A stretch of 64,000 bases of DNA. Origin: Candidatus Latescibacterota bacterium (GTDB taxonomy: Bacteria > Latescibacterota > UBA2968 > UBA8231). Made by a program: the position numbers and the translations under genes. Shown in pieces: positions 38,084-48,571 of the stretch (its first letter is position 1; each line of letters opens with the position of its first letter). Under the pieces are notes generated by a model. It was not told where the DNA came from, ran no database searches, and saw only the letters and a list, made by a program, of their open reading frames with translations. Location of the stretch: positions 4,736,001 to 4,800,000 of the forward strand of contig OZ242005.1 in assembly GCA_965204725.1 (NCBI GenBank), written 5' to 3'.

Positions 38084-39174
38084 GGCGCGAGCCCTTGGGC
38101 ATAGAGTTCGGAGACTTTTAACATCGTGTCGTTTTTGACTTCCAAGATGCGCGTATGGCTTTCTGGTTCGCGTCCTAACCAAATCGCCTTGTCTGCGAGA
38201 AAATCAATCGCTTCTGGATGGTGAGAAATCAACACGATCTGCGGCAGCGTATCGCCACAGCCATCCTCCAACTCGGCGAGCCAAGGTTGCAACTCCGGGA
38301 GCGTTATATAGTTGTCCGGCTCATCCAAAAACAGAGTGCGTTCAGCACTATCGGCAAAGAGCAACATATAAAGTACGATCAAAGTACGCTGACCATCTGA
38401 GAGTTGGTCGAACCGATAGACATGGCTGGCCTCTCCATCCCTCGCAGAAAACACGGCCTGTAGCTCCCTGTAATCACTGCCCTTTTGTACAAGCCTTAAA
38501 TCGACGAAGCCGGGCATAACACCGCGTAGATGCTCCATCGCCTCAAAGACCCGGCGCGGATTCTCCTGTAAGTGCCCCTGATACCACGACGCAAAATTTT
38601 CTCCGCTTTCGCTGAGCCTATCGGTATCGGACTCCGAACCGCTGCTCATGCGTTTTGTCTCCAAAAAGAGCGTTACAAAACGGCGGACTTGAGTGCGGAA
38701 TGCACACAACCGCGTATTGTCGCGGCGCGCAGCCACCGGCGCTAGCCCCGACAACATCCAATCAAAAGAATATCTCGGTCCTTCGCTGTGGTCATCGCGG
38801 TATAGCTGCACCTCGCCCTCTGCAAAAACAAAGAGCGGCTTACTACCGAACAAAAGCTCTTCGCGCTGCACCCGCACAAAGCGTCTTTCCGGCTCGTGCT
38901 CAACCATGAGCCGATACAGGCATGGTCCCCCAGAGATGTCGATTTCCAATTCAAAATGTTGCAGGGTATTTTCATTCCAATGCGTGAGGTCGGTGGCGGA
39001 AAACAGTTGGCCGATCCGGGCGTCGCCGCGAACAAAGTCGCGCAGTTTTTCTACGACCTCAAACACAGCCGACTTGCCGCAGCCGTTTGCCCCGAGTAGC
39101 AGCGTCAACTCTCCCAAACGCAAGTCGAAGTTGGTGAGGCATTTGTAGTTGTCAATGTAGAGGCGCTTTAGCAT
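38080..39174 (-). CDS. ABC-type/AAA_21 ATPase (defence-associated)
   Basis: GANGCGKS, LSDGQR, FLDEPDN, ISHHP. Confidence 0.88.
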   Translation of the reverse strand: MLKRLYIDNYKCLTNFDLRLGELTLLLGANGCGKSAVFEVVEKLRDFVRGDARIGQLFSATDLTHWNENTLQHFELEIDISGGPCLYRLMVEHEPERRFVRVQREELLFGSKPLFVFAEGEVQLYRDDHSEGPRYSFDWMLSGLAPVAARRDNTRLCAFRTQVRRFVTLFLETKRMSSGSESDTDRLSESGENFASWYQGHLQENPRRVFEAMEHLRGVMPGFVDLRLVQKGSDYRELQAVFSARDGEASHVYRFDQLSDGQRTLIVLYMLLFADSAERTLFLDEPDNYITLPELQPWLAELEDGCGDTLPQIVLISHHPEAIDFLADKAIWLGREPESHTRILEVKNDTMLKVSELYAQGLAP

Positions 39175-39253
39175 GGCAGATCAAACTCCCATAAAATCCG
39201 CTAGCACTGAACGCACGGTGCAAGACGGAAGATCGCGGCGGAACAAGCGAGAC

Positions 39254-40864
39254 TCAAGGCGCGGCCCGGACGATCTGGCCGGCGCGGCTGTCGGCTATTT
39301 CGCCATGCTCAACGGCGATCCGTCCGTTGACGATTACGCAGTCGATGCCTTGCGGATAGCGGTAGGGGTCGGCAAAGTCGGCGCGCTCGCCGATGGCTTG
39401 GGGGTCGAAAACCACGAGATCGGCCCAGTAGCCTTCGCGCAAGAGACCGCGCTCGCGCAAGCGGAAGCGGGCGGCGGGGTGGCCCGTGAGCTTGTGGATG
39501 GCCTCTTCCCAGCGCAGCGCGCCCTGCTCGCGGACGAAGCGGCGCAAAAAGTAGGGGAAGGCCCCATAAGAGCGGGGATGGTGCTTGCCCTCGGCCAACG
39601 TTCCTTCGGGAACCAGCGAGAAGCCATCGGAGATGACGCCGCCGACCGGGTGCCGGGCGATGTTGAGGAAGTCCTCCTCAGACACGTCCTCGGCCAGCAT
39701 CCACGGCCGCGCCCGCTCTTCGACGAGAAGGTCGCAGACCGCGTCGTGGGGTTTTTGGCCGCGCCGCCGACCAATCTCGGCAAAGCTCAGGCCGACTAGG
39801 TCGGCGTTGCGCTCGGCACTGCCCAGCCAAATTTTGTCCCAGTGCCCATCCCGCGCCAAGTTGCGCTTGCGGCTGCCGCCGCTCTCGGCCCCGTGCTGCA
39901 TGGTGTCCTGCTCAATCGCGGCGCGAGTTGCCGGGTCTTGGAGCCGGCTCAGCAGGGCCGCGTCGCCGCCGGCCAAGGCCCAAGGGGGCAACAGCGACTT
40001 GAGGGTGGTGCTGCCGATCGTATAGGGAATGGCGTCGCAGCTAATGTCGCCGCCGGCCCGGCGCTTCTGGTCAATCGCGGCGAGCAACTCGCGGGTCGCG
40101 CCGATCATTGGCGCACCGGGCTGCATGTGCGAGACGTGGGCTGCGACCGCGGCTTGCTCCCCAACGGCAAGGACCTCGCCGACCGCTTGGGCAATCGACT
40201 CGGTCTGGTTGCGGATGTGCGAGGTGTAGATGCCGCCGTACTCAGAGACGACCTTCCCCAATTCGACCAATTCTTCCAGCGTCGAATACGGCCCCGGCGC
40301 GTAGGCCAAGCCCGACGAAAGCCCCATCGCGCCGTCTTCCATGGCGCGGGCGACCAGCGCCTTCATCTGCTCCATTTCAGCCGCAGTCGGCGGCCGGTCG
40401 TCGTAGCCCATGGCCGCGACGCGCACGTTGCCGTGGCCGACCAAGGTCGCGGCATTCGTGCCCAATCCACTGGCTTCAAGCCGCTGGAAATAAGCCCCGA
40501 AATGAGTCCAGTCGCACTGCAAGCCCCGGGTCATGGCCGGGTCGAGTGGGCCGTAGTACGGCTCGTAGTCGCGGGTGGGCGCGGCCGAGACGCCGCAGTT
40601 GCCCATGACTTGGGTCGTAATGCCCTGCGTTAGGGAGCTGAGGGCGCGGCCGTCGAGCGCGATCGTCAGGTCCGAATGCGTGTGGATGTCGATAAAGCCG
40701 GGGCAGGCAATGCGGCCCTCGGCGTCGAGGATGTGCCGGGCCGGGGCCGCCGCAGGGTCGCCGATAGCCACGATGCGGCCTTGCTCAACGGCGATGTCGC
40801 CGCGGAACGCCGGCCAGCGGCTGCCATCGAGGAGCTCGGCGTTGCGGATTAGGAGATCGTACAT
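39254..40864 (-). CDS. N-acyl-D-amino-acid deacylase (D-aminoacylase) family
   Basis: PGFIDIHTHSD, GNCG, YTSHIR, HPRSYG. Confidence 0.92.
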   Translation of the reverse strand: MYDLLIRNAELLDGSRWPAFRGDIAVEQGRIVAIGDPAAAPARHILDAEGRIACPGFIDIHTHSDLTIALDGRALSSLTQGITTQVMGNCGVSAAPTRDYEPYYGPLDPAMTRGLQCDWTHFGAYFQRLEASGLGTNAATLVGHGNVRVAAMGYDDRPPTAAEMEQMKALVARAMEDGAMGLSSGLAYAPGPYSTLEELVELGKVVSEYGGIYTSHIRNQTESIAQAVGEVLAVGEQAAVAAHVSHMQPGAPMIGATRELLAAIDQKRRAGGDISCDAIPYTIGSTTLKSLLPPWALAGGDAALLSRLQDPATRAAIEQDTMQHGAESGGSRKRNLARDGHWDKIWLGSAERNADLVGLSFAEIGRRRGQKPHDAVCDLLVEERARPWMLAEDVSEEDFLNIARHPVGGVISDGFSLVPEGTLAEGKHHPRSYGAFPYFLRRFVREQGALRWEEAIHKLTGHPAARFRLRERGLLREGYWADLVVFDPQAIGERADFADPYRYPQGIDCVIVNGRIAVEHGEIADSRAGQIVRAAP

Positions 40865-41067
40865 GGTCTTTTCCGGGAGGTTAATGGAGCGCGGCATAAC
40901 CGCATTGGGATTGGCTGAGGGTAGTATAGGCGGGTTGACGGCTTCGCTCAAGCTAGTTGACCCTTTGGACGCATGTTGATACGTTTGGGCGAACACCGCA
41001 AACCAACGCGGGGTTAAACGAGGCGGTTCGATCGCGCTCAATCCACCCTAAACCGATGCGAGGTCTT

Positions 41068-42849
41068 ATGAAACGCAGCATCTGCATATTGATCAGCGCG
41101 TGGCTGCTCAGCGGCTGCGGCGACAGCCCCTCCGACCAAGAGCCAGCGGAATCGGCCAGCCAGCCTACGGAAGCCGAGCAATCGGAGTTTAAGGAGGTCC
41201 CCCGGAACCGGACCTTGATTATGGATTGCGCCGACAACAGCACGTGCGCCGGGCAAATCCAAGACTACAATTCGTTCAACCCCTATCTGATAGAAACCAC
41301 TTCGCGCACGGGGTACAATTTCGTTTTTGAGCCGCTGTACTTTTACAATGCCTTCGACGGCAAGCAGGTTCCTTGGATCGCCACCAAGCACCGCTTTAAC
41401 GCCGACTATACAGAAGTGGAAATCAACATTCGCCCGGGGGTCAAGTGGAGCGACGGCATGCCGTGGACGGCGCACGATTTGGTCTTTACGATCAACATGC
41501 TCAAGGACAACGCGCCCCTTTTGTCCTATTCGACCGACATTAAGAATTGGGTTCAAGAGGCCGTGGCGGTCGATAGCCTGACGGCGCGCATTGCGCTGAC
41601 GGCGCCCAACCCGCGCTTTGTATTTTCGTATTTCACCCACAACTTCGGCAATGGGGTGCCGATTGTGCCCAAGCACGTGTGGGAAGGGCAGAAGCCAGAC
41701 ACCTTTGAAAACTTCGATCCGCAAAAAGGCTGGCCCGTGTATTCCGGGCCTTACAAGCTGGCGTTATCCACGCCGCAGCAGCGGATATGGGACTTGCGCC
41801 CCGAGTGGTGGGCCGCTGCCACCGGCTTCCAATCCCTGCCCAAAGTTGAGCGCGTCATCTACCTGCCTTATATGGAGGAATCCAAGCGCGTCCAGAATCT
41901 AATCGCCAACCACATAGATACCGCCCTAGATCTCCGACCGCCCAACATCCTGACCGTGCTCGACCGCAACCCCCGCGTGACGACGTGGAGCGGGCGGACG
42001 CCGCCGTACGGCTACATTGATTTCTGGCCCATTTCGCTGGGCTTTAACAACTTAGAGGAGCCCTTTTCAGACGTGAACGTACGCCGCGCGATCAACTACG
42101 CCATCGACCGCGAGCAGCTCGTGGAGATCGGCTGGCAGGGAGCGGGCACTTCGACGCTTTTGCCCTTTCCCGAGTATCCCGCGCTTAGGCCGTACTTCAG
42201 CGAGGTCAAAGATTTGCTGGATCAATACGAGATCGGGGTTTTTGACTTGGACAAGAGCGCGGCCCTGATGAAGAAAATGGGCTGGCAGCGGCCCGAAGGC
42301 GGCTATTGGACTAAAGATGGCGAGCCATTTAAGATGGTCATCAACATCTTCCCGATTTTCCAAGACATCACGCCGGTCCTAGTCGCGCAACTAGAGCGAG
42401 CGGGTTTTGACGCGGACTTCCGCAACACCCCGGATAGCTATACCCGCATGTCGCACGGCGTGGCCCGCTCCTTTATTAACGGGCACGGCGGCAGCGTGCG
42501 CGACCCATACTTTACGCTGCGGCTCTACCACAGCCGCTTCGTGCAGCCCACCGGCCAACCGGCCGAGTACTTCTGGCGCTGGAAGAACGAGGAATTCGAC
42601 CGGATCGTCGATCAAATGGCGGCCGTCGCGCCGCGCGATCCGCGGCTAGTACAATTGTACCGCGAAGCCATGGAAATCTGGCTCGCCGAACTGCCGTCGA
42701 TCCCGATCCTACAGTGGTATCACCGCATTCCGCACAACCAAACTTACTGGCGCAACTGGCCCTCGGAATACAGCCCGTACATCAACAGCGCCTATTGGCA
42801 CCGGGTGTGGCTGTTGGTGTTGCTCAATTTGCAGCCGGTGCAGGGATAG
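41068..42849 (+). CDS. ABC transporter substrate-binding lipoprotein, family 5
   Basis: Lipobox LSGC; IRPGVKWSDG.PWTAHDLVFT; VRRAINYAIDR. Confidence 0.92.
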   Translation: MKRSICILISAWLLSGCGDSPSDQEPAESASQPTEAEQSEFKEVPRNRTLIMDCADNSTCAGQIQDYNSFNPYLIETTSRTGYNFVFEPLYFYNAFDGKQVPWIATKHRFNADYTEVEINIRPGVKWSDGMPWTAHDLVFTINMLKDNAPLLSYSTDIKNWVQEAVAVDSLTARIALTAPNPRFVFSYFTHNFGNGVPIVPKHVWEGQKPDTFENFDPQKGWPVYSGPYKLALSTPQQRIWDLRPEWWAAATGFQSLPKVERVIYLPYMEESKRVQNLIANHIDTALDLRPPNILTVLDRNPRVTTWSGRTPPYGYIDFWPISLGFNNLEEPFSDVNVRRAINYAIDREQLVEIGWQGAGTSTLLPFPEYPALRPYFSEVKDLLDQYEIGVFDLDKSAALMKKMGWQRPEGGYWTKDGEPFKMVINIFPIFQDITPVLVAQLERAGFDADFRNTPDSYTRMSHGVARSFINGHGGSVRDPYFTLRLYHSRFVQPTGQPAEYFWRWKNEEFDRIVDQMAAVAPRDPRLVQLYREAMEIWLAELPSIPILQWYHRIPHNQTYWRNWPSEYSPYINSAYWHRVWLLVLLNLQPVQG

Positions 42850-42892
42850 CCGCGGCCGCAGCATAGTACCGGGGTCGCTCGTTGGTCATGGG

Positions 42893-42965
42893 CTTACTAC
42901 ACGACACCAGTCTCTAAGGATCGAGGGCATCTTGCCCTCGTCGAGGGCGGGACGCCCTCGATCCC
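42893..42965 (-). repeat. Composite repeat, copy 3 (empty TTA site, no MITE)
   Basis: Core 42918-42965; terminal motif CTTACTACACGACACCAG at 42893-42910. Confidence 0.85.
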
Positions 42966-42998
42966 GCTTTGCTGAGAACGCACTTCGACGGAGTGGGA

Positions 42999-43874
42999 TT
43001 ACTCAACGAAAACGAGCATACCCCAATACGTCGAATAATGCACACACTCGGTGCTGATAAAACGACTGTCGCCATCGGGGAAGGGCGACCACGTACTGAG
43101 CACCCCAGAATCCTCCTCGTCCCCCTGATCGAACCGCATGAAGTTGGCTTTCCACTTATCCCCCACCTTCGGAGGAATGGAACGATCCCCTAACAGGTCT
43201 AGATCGTCGGCTTGGACGCGGTCCGACAAGCTGTCCTCCTCTGCATCCTCATATCCATCCGCGACTAATGCGTTCAAAGCAGCTTGGCTCATACCGCTCC
43301 ACGGAAAGAGAAATTCCACCGTCCACGACTCGTCCCGGTCCGTTCGATCCTCCAAATTGCCCGATACGACAACCGCACTTTCAGTGCCGGAATCCCAGTG
43401 AAGAAATTCGGGCCTGCGGTCATCGGTCCATGGTGGATCGAGATAAAGGACGTCCGTCTGGGTATTGAGCGCGTTGATGATCAGTTGGACGTAAGGGGTG
43501 CCGTCCATGTCCGGGTCGAGAAACAACTCGACGGTATTATCCAAATACAGCTTTTGGTAGTCCCGTTCCGTAAACGTCGCCAGAATGTTTTCGTCCTTGC
43601 ACTGGAACAGGACCAAGAGTCCGCGTTCATTCCAGAGGGCTTGGACGGTTGTGATCGAAGGAGACAGCGTCTCCCCGTTGGGGTAAGCCCGGTCCACCAT
43701 TTTGGCAAGCGGGGCTAAGCTCCAGCTTTTCTCGTCGGCGCGGCCGTCTATGGTCATGTCCTCGTCGGTGAAGTGGACCTGATACTCCACAGGAATCGCC
43801 GAGGCAGCAACCGCCATCGCCAAAAGGGCGACCGGCAGCAGCCGTGCTAGGATGCTAAAACGAATCGCATTCAT
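42999..43874 (-). CDS. Secreted CBM9-like (DOMON-fold) sugar-binding protein
   Basis: Signal peptide; IDGRADEKSW, VELFLDP, WTVEFLFPW, WKANFMR, TWSP. Confidence 0.78.
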   Translation of the reverse strand: MNAIRFSILARLLPVALLAMAVAASAIPVEYQVHFTDEDMTIDGRADEKSWSLAPLAKMVDRAYPNGETLSPSITTVQALWNERGLLVLFQCKDENILATFTERDYQKLYLDNTVELFLDPDMDGTPYVQLIINALNTQTDVLYLDPPWTDDRRPEFLHWDSGTESAVVVSGNLEDRTDRDESWTVEFLFPWSGMSQAALNALVADGYEDAEEDSLSDRVQADDLDLLGDRSIPPKVGDKWKANFMRFDQGDEEDSGVLSTWSPFPDGDSRFISTECVHYSTYWGMLVFVE

Positions 43875-43923
43875 GTCCTACCTCCTTGGGATTAAGGATT
43901 GGTTTGAGATTGTCAGAGCCAAT

Positions 43924-46410
43924 CTACTCGCTCTGCAAGCCTTTGGTGATCGGCTCGCGCATCAGGGCTACCGTGTGCAACAACACCCCCGCACCGGCCG
44001 GGGCTGCCGCGGCCAAACTGCCCAGCGCGAGGAACAGCCATCCATCGTCTGTCCGTTGTGCGAACTGGCTCAACCATTCTTCGACGCCGAGGTGCGCCAA
44101 GGGGCCGATCAGCAGACACCCGGCCAGCACCAGCCACAGCAGCCGCCGCGCCAACAGACCCGCCACATGCCGACTCTCGGCACCCAACGTCCGCATGAAG
44201 GCGATATTGCGCCGCTGATGGGACACCGTAATCGCCGTCAGGCCGTAGGCTCCCAGCGCAGCAATGAACACAGCCAAGAGGGCGGACCCGACAGCGAGCC
44301 ATAGCCAGATTCGGTCGTCTCGGTAGTACGCGGCCAAGTGGTCTTCGAGCCGCGACAGGTGCAGGATTTCGTCGGGGGCTATGGCTTGCCATGTGCGCTC
44401 GATGTGCTCAAGGGCCTCGTTGCCGGCCTTGGGGGCAAGGCGCACGAAGAACAAGTCATGGTCTCTTATATTGGAGTCGAGTAAGAGCACACCCGGTTCG
44501 ACCTCGCTTTTCAGCGAGTAGAAGTAATAGTCGCTCAGCACCCCTACGACGCGCCCCTCGCCATTGGGCATCTGACGGGCTAGGCGTCTCGTAAACTGCA
44601 CCACTTGGCCGATGGGTTGGTCCCAACCTGCTTGGGCGACAAAGGTCTCATTGACAAGAATGCCCGCTTGATCCGGCCCCAGATTGGCACCCTGTACGAG
44701 GTGGAGGCCGAGCGTCTCGACAAAACTCGAGTCCACTCGTAGGCACTGCGCCCTGATCTTGCGATCTTTACCGGGCAGTATCGTCTCTTCCATCCCTCGC
44801 GTTGGCGTTCTCTTCTCTTTCTGTAAAAAATGATCCTTACTCATGGCCACCGACTTGATTCCACTATGGGCGAGCAGCCCCTCTTTGAGCCGATGCCGGA
44901 ACATCTTGTCGATGCCCTCCCTCAACGCATCCGTGTCAAGCATCAGCACATCGTCCGGCACGAAGCCCAGATCAAATGCCTGTAGGTAGTGTAGTTGCCG
45001 AGCCATCACCAAACTCATGCCCGCCAGCCCAGCGCAGGCGGCAAACTGCATCACCACTAACGCACCGCCTAGTGCTGACCGACGACTGAGGAGGCTGGTG
45101 CGACCCACCGCCTCGCTCGGGTTGATCCGCGCCAAAATTAGGCCGGGATAGGCGGCGGCCAACAGACTGGTGAGTACCAACAGGACCAGCCCACCCACGA
45201 TGAAGGAGGGGGCAAGGTAGTCGAGACGCAGGTCTTGACCCAACATTGCATTGAACGCGGGCAGCAGCACCTCGCCGAGAGCCAAGCCGACAGCCAGCGA
45301 CACGCCACACACTACCACCGTCTCGATCCAGAATTGCACCGGCAGTTGCCGACGGGTGGCTCCCAAGGCGACGCGCACCCCCACTTCTAACCCGCGCGTA
45401 CTCGCCCGCGCCGTGGCGAGGTTGACGTAGTTGACCACGGCTACGGCCAGCAGAAGCACAGCAATGGCCAAGACGATATAGGTCGCCAGCGGGTCGCGCG
45501 GCGGGGCGATGCCATCGTATCCGTCCCATTGGATCACGTCGGTGCCCGTGTGCAGCGTCGATAGGGGTTGCAACACCATGCTAAAGTCTGGATTGAGGGG
45601 AGCCAGCTTTTTGCTGTAATCGGAGGAGTTTTCAATGTACAACTGCCGTATCAAGGCTTCGGTCTGCTTCAAATCGCCCTCGTTGGCGTCCTTCAGCAGG
45701 ACGAATAGAATGCAGTTCCGGTCCCAGAAGTCATCAATCCAGCGCCACAGACGCTCCGAATTGTGAAAGGGCAATAGGATATTCAACTGAATCGACGAGT
45801 TCGCCGGCGGCGGGGCGACCACGGCTTGGATGGTGTATTCCTTGCGCTCGTGTTGGGGCCACCCCACATCGATCCGTATTACCTGCCCCACCGCCGGCTC
45901 GTCGCCGAAGTAGCGGCGGGCGAAATCGCGGCTGACCACGACGCCGTCTTTTGCCTGTAGAGCCGTCCGCGGGTCGCCCGCGTCGAGGGGGAAAGAAAAC
46001 ACTTCAAAGAAATTCTCATCAACCAGCAGAAACGGCTCGTCGTTCCACCTATCGCCTATCCGCACGCGGATGCGCCGACCTTCCAACGACGACCTGTGCC
46101 CAGAAGCCAGCCGGACTGTTTCCTCGACCTGAGGCACGGCGTTCTGGATCGCCTCGGCCATGGCGACCGGGGCATAATCCCCGAACTTCACACGGTCATA
46201 GCCCGGGATTTTGAGGTCGAACACCACCCGGTATAGGTGCGCCCCGTTCTCGTGGAAGCTATCGTAGCTCCACTCGCGTGACACCAGCGCATGCGCCAAC
46301 ACGCAGAAGCCAAACGCCAGCGACAGACTGCACACCTCAATGAAGCCCAGCAGCTTGTGCCGGCGCAGGATGCGCACGGCGGTCCGTAAGTAATTACCAA
46401 GCATTCTCAT
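43924..46410 (-). CDS. ABC transporter permease (duplicated MacB/FtsX-type)
   Basis: SYDSFHENG..LYRV, NYVNLATARASTRGLEVGVR..LGA; two FtsX halves. Confidence 0.9.
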   Translation of the reverse strand: MRMLGNYLRTAVRILRRHKLLGFIEVCSLSLAFGFCVLAHALVSREWSYDSFHENGAHLYRVVFDLKIPGYDRVKFGDYAPVAMAEAIQNAVPQVEETVRLASGHRSSLEGRRIRVRIGDRWNDEPFLLVDENFFEVFSFPLDAGDPRTALQAKDGVVVSRDFARRYFGDEPAVGQVIRIDVGWPQHERKEYTIQAVVAPPPANSSIQLNILLPFHNSERLWRWIDDFWDRNCILFVLLKDANEGDLKQTEALIRQLYIENSSDYSKKLAPLNPDFSMVLQPLSTLHTGTDVIQWDGYDGIAPPRDPLATYIVLAIAVLLLAVAVVNYVNLATARASTRGLEVGVRVALGATRRQLPVQFWIETVVVCGVSLAVGLALGEVLLPAFNAMLGQDLRLDYLAPSFIVGGLVLLVLTSLLAAAYPGLILARINPSEAVGRTSLLSRRSALGGALVVMQFAACAGLAGMSLVMARQLHYLQAFDLGFVPDDVLMLDTDALREGIDKMFRHRLKEGLLAHSGIKSVAMSKDHFLQKEKRTPTRGMEETILPGKDRKIRAQCLRVDSSFVETLGLHLVQGANLGPDQAGILVNETFVAQAGWDQPIGQVVQFTRRLARQMPNGEGRVVGVLSDYYFYSLKSEVEPGVLLLDSNIRDHDLFFVRLAPKAGNEALEHIERTWQAIAPDEILHLSRLEDHLAAYYRDDRIWLWLAVGSALLAVFIAALGAYGLTAITVSHQRRNIAFMRTLGAESRHVAGLLARRLLWLVLAGCLLIGPLAHLGVEEWLSQFAQRTDDGWLFLALGSLAAAAPAGAGVLLHTVALMREPITKGLQSE

Positions 46411-46471
46411 GGCTCCGGCTCCTTCCGTGTATCCACTTTCCTTACTAGCGTCACGGCCTTATCTCCGATAT

Positions 46472-46487
46472 AGCAAGATGTATGCCA
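46472..46487 (-). promoter_or_regulatory. Sigma-54 -24/-12 promoter for the ABC permease
   Basis: Minus strand TGGCAT-ACATC-TTGCT matches TGGCAC-N5-TTGC(A/T). Confidence 0.8.
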
Positions 46488-46553
46488 TACTCTATATATC
46501 ACTGAAAAACAACGAGATACATTGAATCGGGCCTCTTGGCTGTGCTGGGGCGA

Positions 46554-46592
46554 GTGTCCGCTGGTGATACAGAGGTGTCCGCTGGCGATACA
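46554..46592. promoter_or_regulatory. Tandem enhancer-binding-protein sites
   Basis: GTGTCCGCTGG(T/C)GATACA twice with a 21-bp period, each TGT-N11-ACA. Confidence 0.7.
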
Positions 46593-46690
46593 CTTTTCTA
46601 CGGCGGTCAGCCCCTAGCCACAGGCAGGAAGATGCGTAACGTCTGTTATTGATTGGGGAGTAAGGACTAGTTATATCTCTAATCAGATAG

Positions 46691-46772
46691 CTTACTACAC
46701 GACGCCAGCGACCCGCTTTCCTAAGGATCGAGGGCATCTTGCCCTCGTCGAGGGCGGGACGCCCTCGACCCC
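46691..46772 (-). repeat. Composite repeat, copy 4 (empty TTA site)
   Basis: Core 46725-46772; terminal motif 46691-46708. Confidence 0.85.
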
Positions 46773-46791
46773 GGACGCAGTTTGGAGAATT

Positions 46792-46917
46792 ATGAGCAAA
46801 ACATGGCCGGTACAGGACGCGACGGCGCGGTTCAGCGCACTCCTTAAAACGAGCCTTGCCGAAGGGCCGCAAAGGTCCGCCGGCGGCACACTCGAAAGCG
46901 GCTCCCATGCCTGTTGA
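46792..46917 (+). pseudogene. N-terminal remnant of a Phd/YefM antitoxin
   Basis: MSKTWPVQDATARFSALLKTSLAEGPQ then unrelated sequence; GGAG RBS. Confidence 0.65.
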
Positions 46918-48283
46918 AGCCGACCACATCCTCGTCGTTGACGACGATCCCGATGTCCTCGTCGCGGCCCGCTTGCTCCTCAAGCAGCAGGGCTACCAAG
47001 TCCGCACCGAGACCGATCCCCAAGCCATTCCGCCCATCCTCAAGCAGGACGCGCCCGCAGTCGTCCTCCTCGACATGAACTTCACCCAAGAGGCGACCAG
47101 CGGTCAGGAGGGGTTCTACTGGCTCCAGCAAATTAGCGAGCTGGCCCCAACCACCGTCGTCTTGCTAATCACCGCGTATGGCGATGTCGAGATGGCCGTG
47201 CGCGCCATCAAGGAAGGGGCGGTTGATTTCGTGCTCAAACCTTGGCAGAACGAAAAGTTGCTCGCCACCCTGTCCGCCGCCCTAGCACTACACCGCTCGC
47301 GCCGGGAAGCCCATCGCCTACACGCCCGCCAGCAACGGCTGGCCGCCGACCTCGACCAGCCCTTTGGCGACATCATTGGCCAAGCCCCGGTTCTAAAGGA
47401 GGTTTTCCAAGCCGTCGCCAAGGTGGCCGCGACCGACGCCAGCGTCCTCATCCTCGGCGAGAATGGCACGGGCAAGGAACTAGTGGCGCGCGCCATTCAC
47501 CGCCGCTCGCAACGCGCCGGCGAAGTCTTCATCGCCGTCGATATGGGCTCCCTGAGCGAAACCCTGTTTGAGAGCGAGCTCTTCGGCCACGTCAAAGGGG
47601 CCTTCACCGACGCCCGCAGCGACCGCGCCGGTCGCTTTGAAATCGCCTCCGGGGGCACCCTGTTCCTCGACGAGATCGGCAACCTGCCCCTGCCCTTGCA
47701 GGTCAAGCTGCTCGCGGCCCTGCAAAACCAGCAGGTCGTCCGCGTCGGCGCCAATCAGCCCGTGCAAGTAGATGTGCGCCTTATCTGCGCCACCAACCAG
47801 CCCATCCACGAAATGGCCGCGGTCGGCACCTTCCGCCAAGACCTCCTCTACCGCATCAACACCGTGGAAATCCCCCTGCCTCCCCTGCGCGAGCGCCCCG
47901 AGGACATCGCGCTGTTGGCCCGGCACTTCCTCGACCTGTACCGGACCAAGTACCGCAAGGCCCTGACTGACCTGACCGCCGAGGCGTTGGCCCACTTGCG
48001 CGCGTACGCTTGGCCGGGCAATGTGCGGGAATTGCAGCACGCGGTGGAACGCGCCGTCATTATGAGCGAGGGGAACCGCCTGACCGCGAGCGATTTTCCC
48101 CTGATGGCGGCTCCATCCCCTCGGGAAGAGGTCGCCTTTGACAGCTACAACCTCGAAGACGTCGAGCACGAGGTCATCGCCCGGGTGCTACGCAAGCACC
48201 AAGGCAACGTCAGCCAAACCGCCCGGGAACTCGGCCTCACCCGCACGGCCCTCTATCGCCGCATGGAGAAACATGGCCTTTAG
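46907..48283 (+). CDS. Sigma-54-dependent response regulator (NtrC family)
   Basis: ILVVDDD, LLDMNF, GENGTGKE, GAFTDA, FLDEIG, WPGNVREL, Fis-type HTH. Confidence 0.95.
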   Translation: MPVEADHILVVDDDPDVLVAARLLLKQQGYQVRTETDPQAIPPILKQDAPAVVLLDMNFTQEATSGQEGFYWLQQISELAPTTVVLLITAYGDVEMAVRAIKEGAVDFVLKPWQNEKLLATLSAALALHRSRREAHRLHARQQRLAADLDQPFGDIIGQAPVLKEVFQAVAKVAATDASVLILGENGTGKELVARAIHRRSQRAGEVFIAVDMGSLSETLFESELFGHVKGAFTDARSDRAGRFEIASGGTLFLDEIGNLPLPLQVKLLAALQNQQVVRVGANQPVQVDVRLICATNQPIHEMAAVGTFRQDLLYRINTVEIPLPPLRERPEDIALLARHFLDLYRTKYRKALTDLTAEALAHLRAYAWPGNVRELQHAVERAVIMSEGNRLTASDFPLMAAPSPREEVAFDSYNLEDVEHEVIARVLRKHQGNVSQTARELGLTRTALYRRMEKHGL

Positions 48284-48295
48284 AAGCCATTGCTC

Positions 48296-48571
48296 TCAGC
48301 CCTGCTCGTGGGCTTCTTTATACGCTTTCAGAACCGCATTGATCCGCGTCTGATAGCCTGCGCCTTGGTGCCGGAACCATTCTAGTACATCCTTATCCAG
48401 ACGCAGGGTAATCTGCGCCTTGCCCGGTGCCGGCTTCAAGCCCTTTTGCACGAGGGCCTGAGCGAACATTTCTGGCGACAGCGGCGGAACATCGGAGTAA
48501 TCAATGGCCTCATCCTCCATCGCGTCCAGCCGCTTGAGTGTGCGCTTGATAGATTCTTTGTTCGCGTTCAT
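48296..48571 (-). CDS. brnA: BrnA-family antitoxin
   Basis: IDYSDVP, ITLRLDKDVLEWFR..GAGYQTRINAVL. Confidence 0.9.
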   Translation of the reverse strand: MNANKESIKRTLKRLDAMEDEAIDYSDVPPLSPEMFAQALVQKGLKPAPGKAQITLRLDKDVLEWFRHQGAGYQTRINAVLKAYKEAHEQG

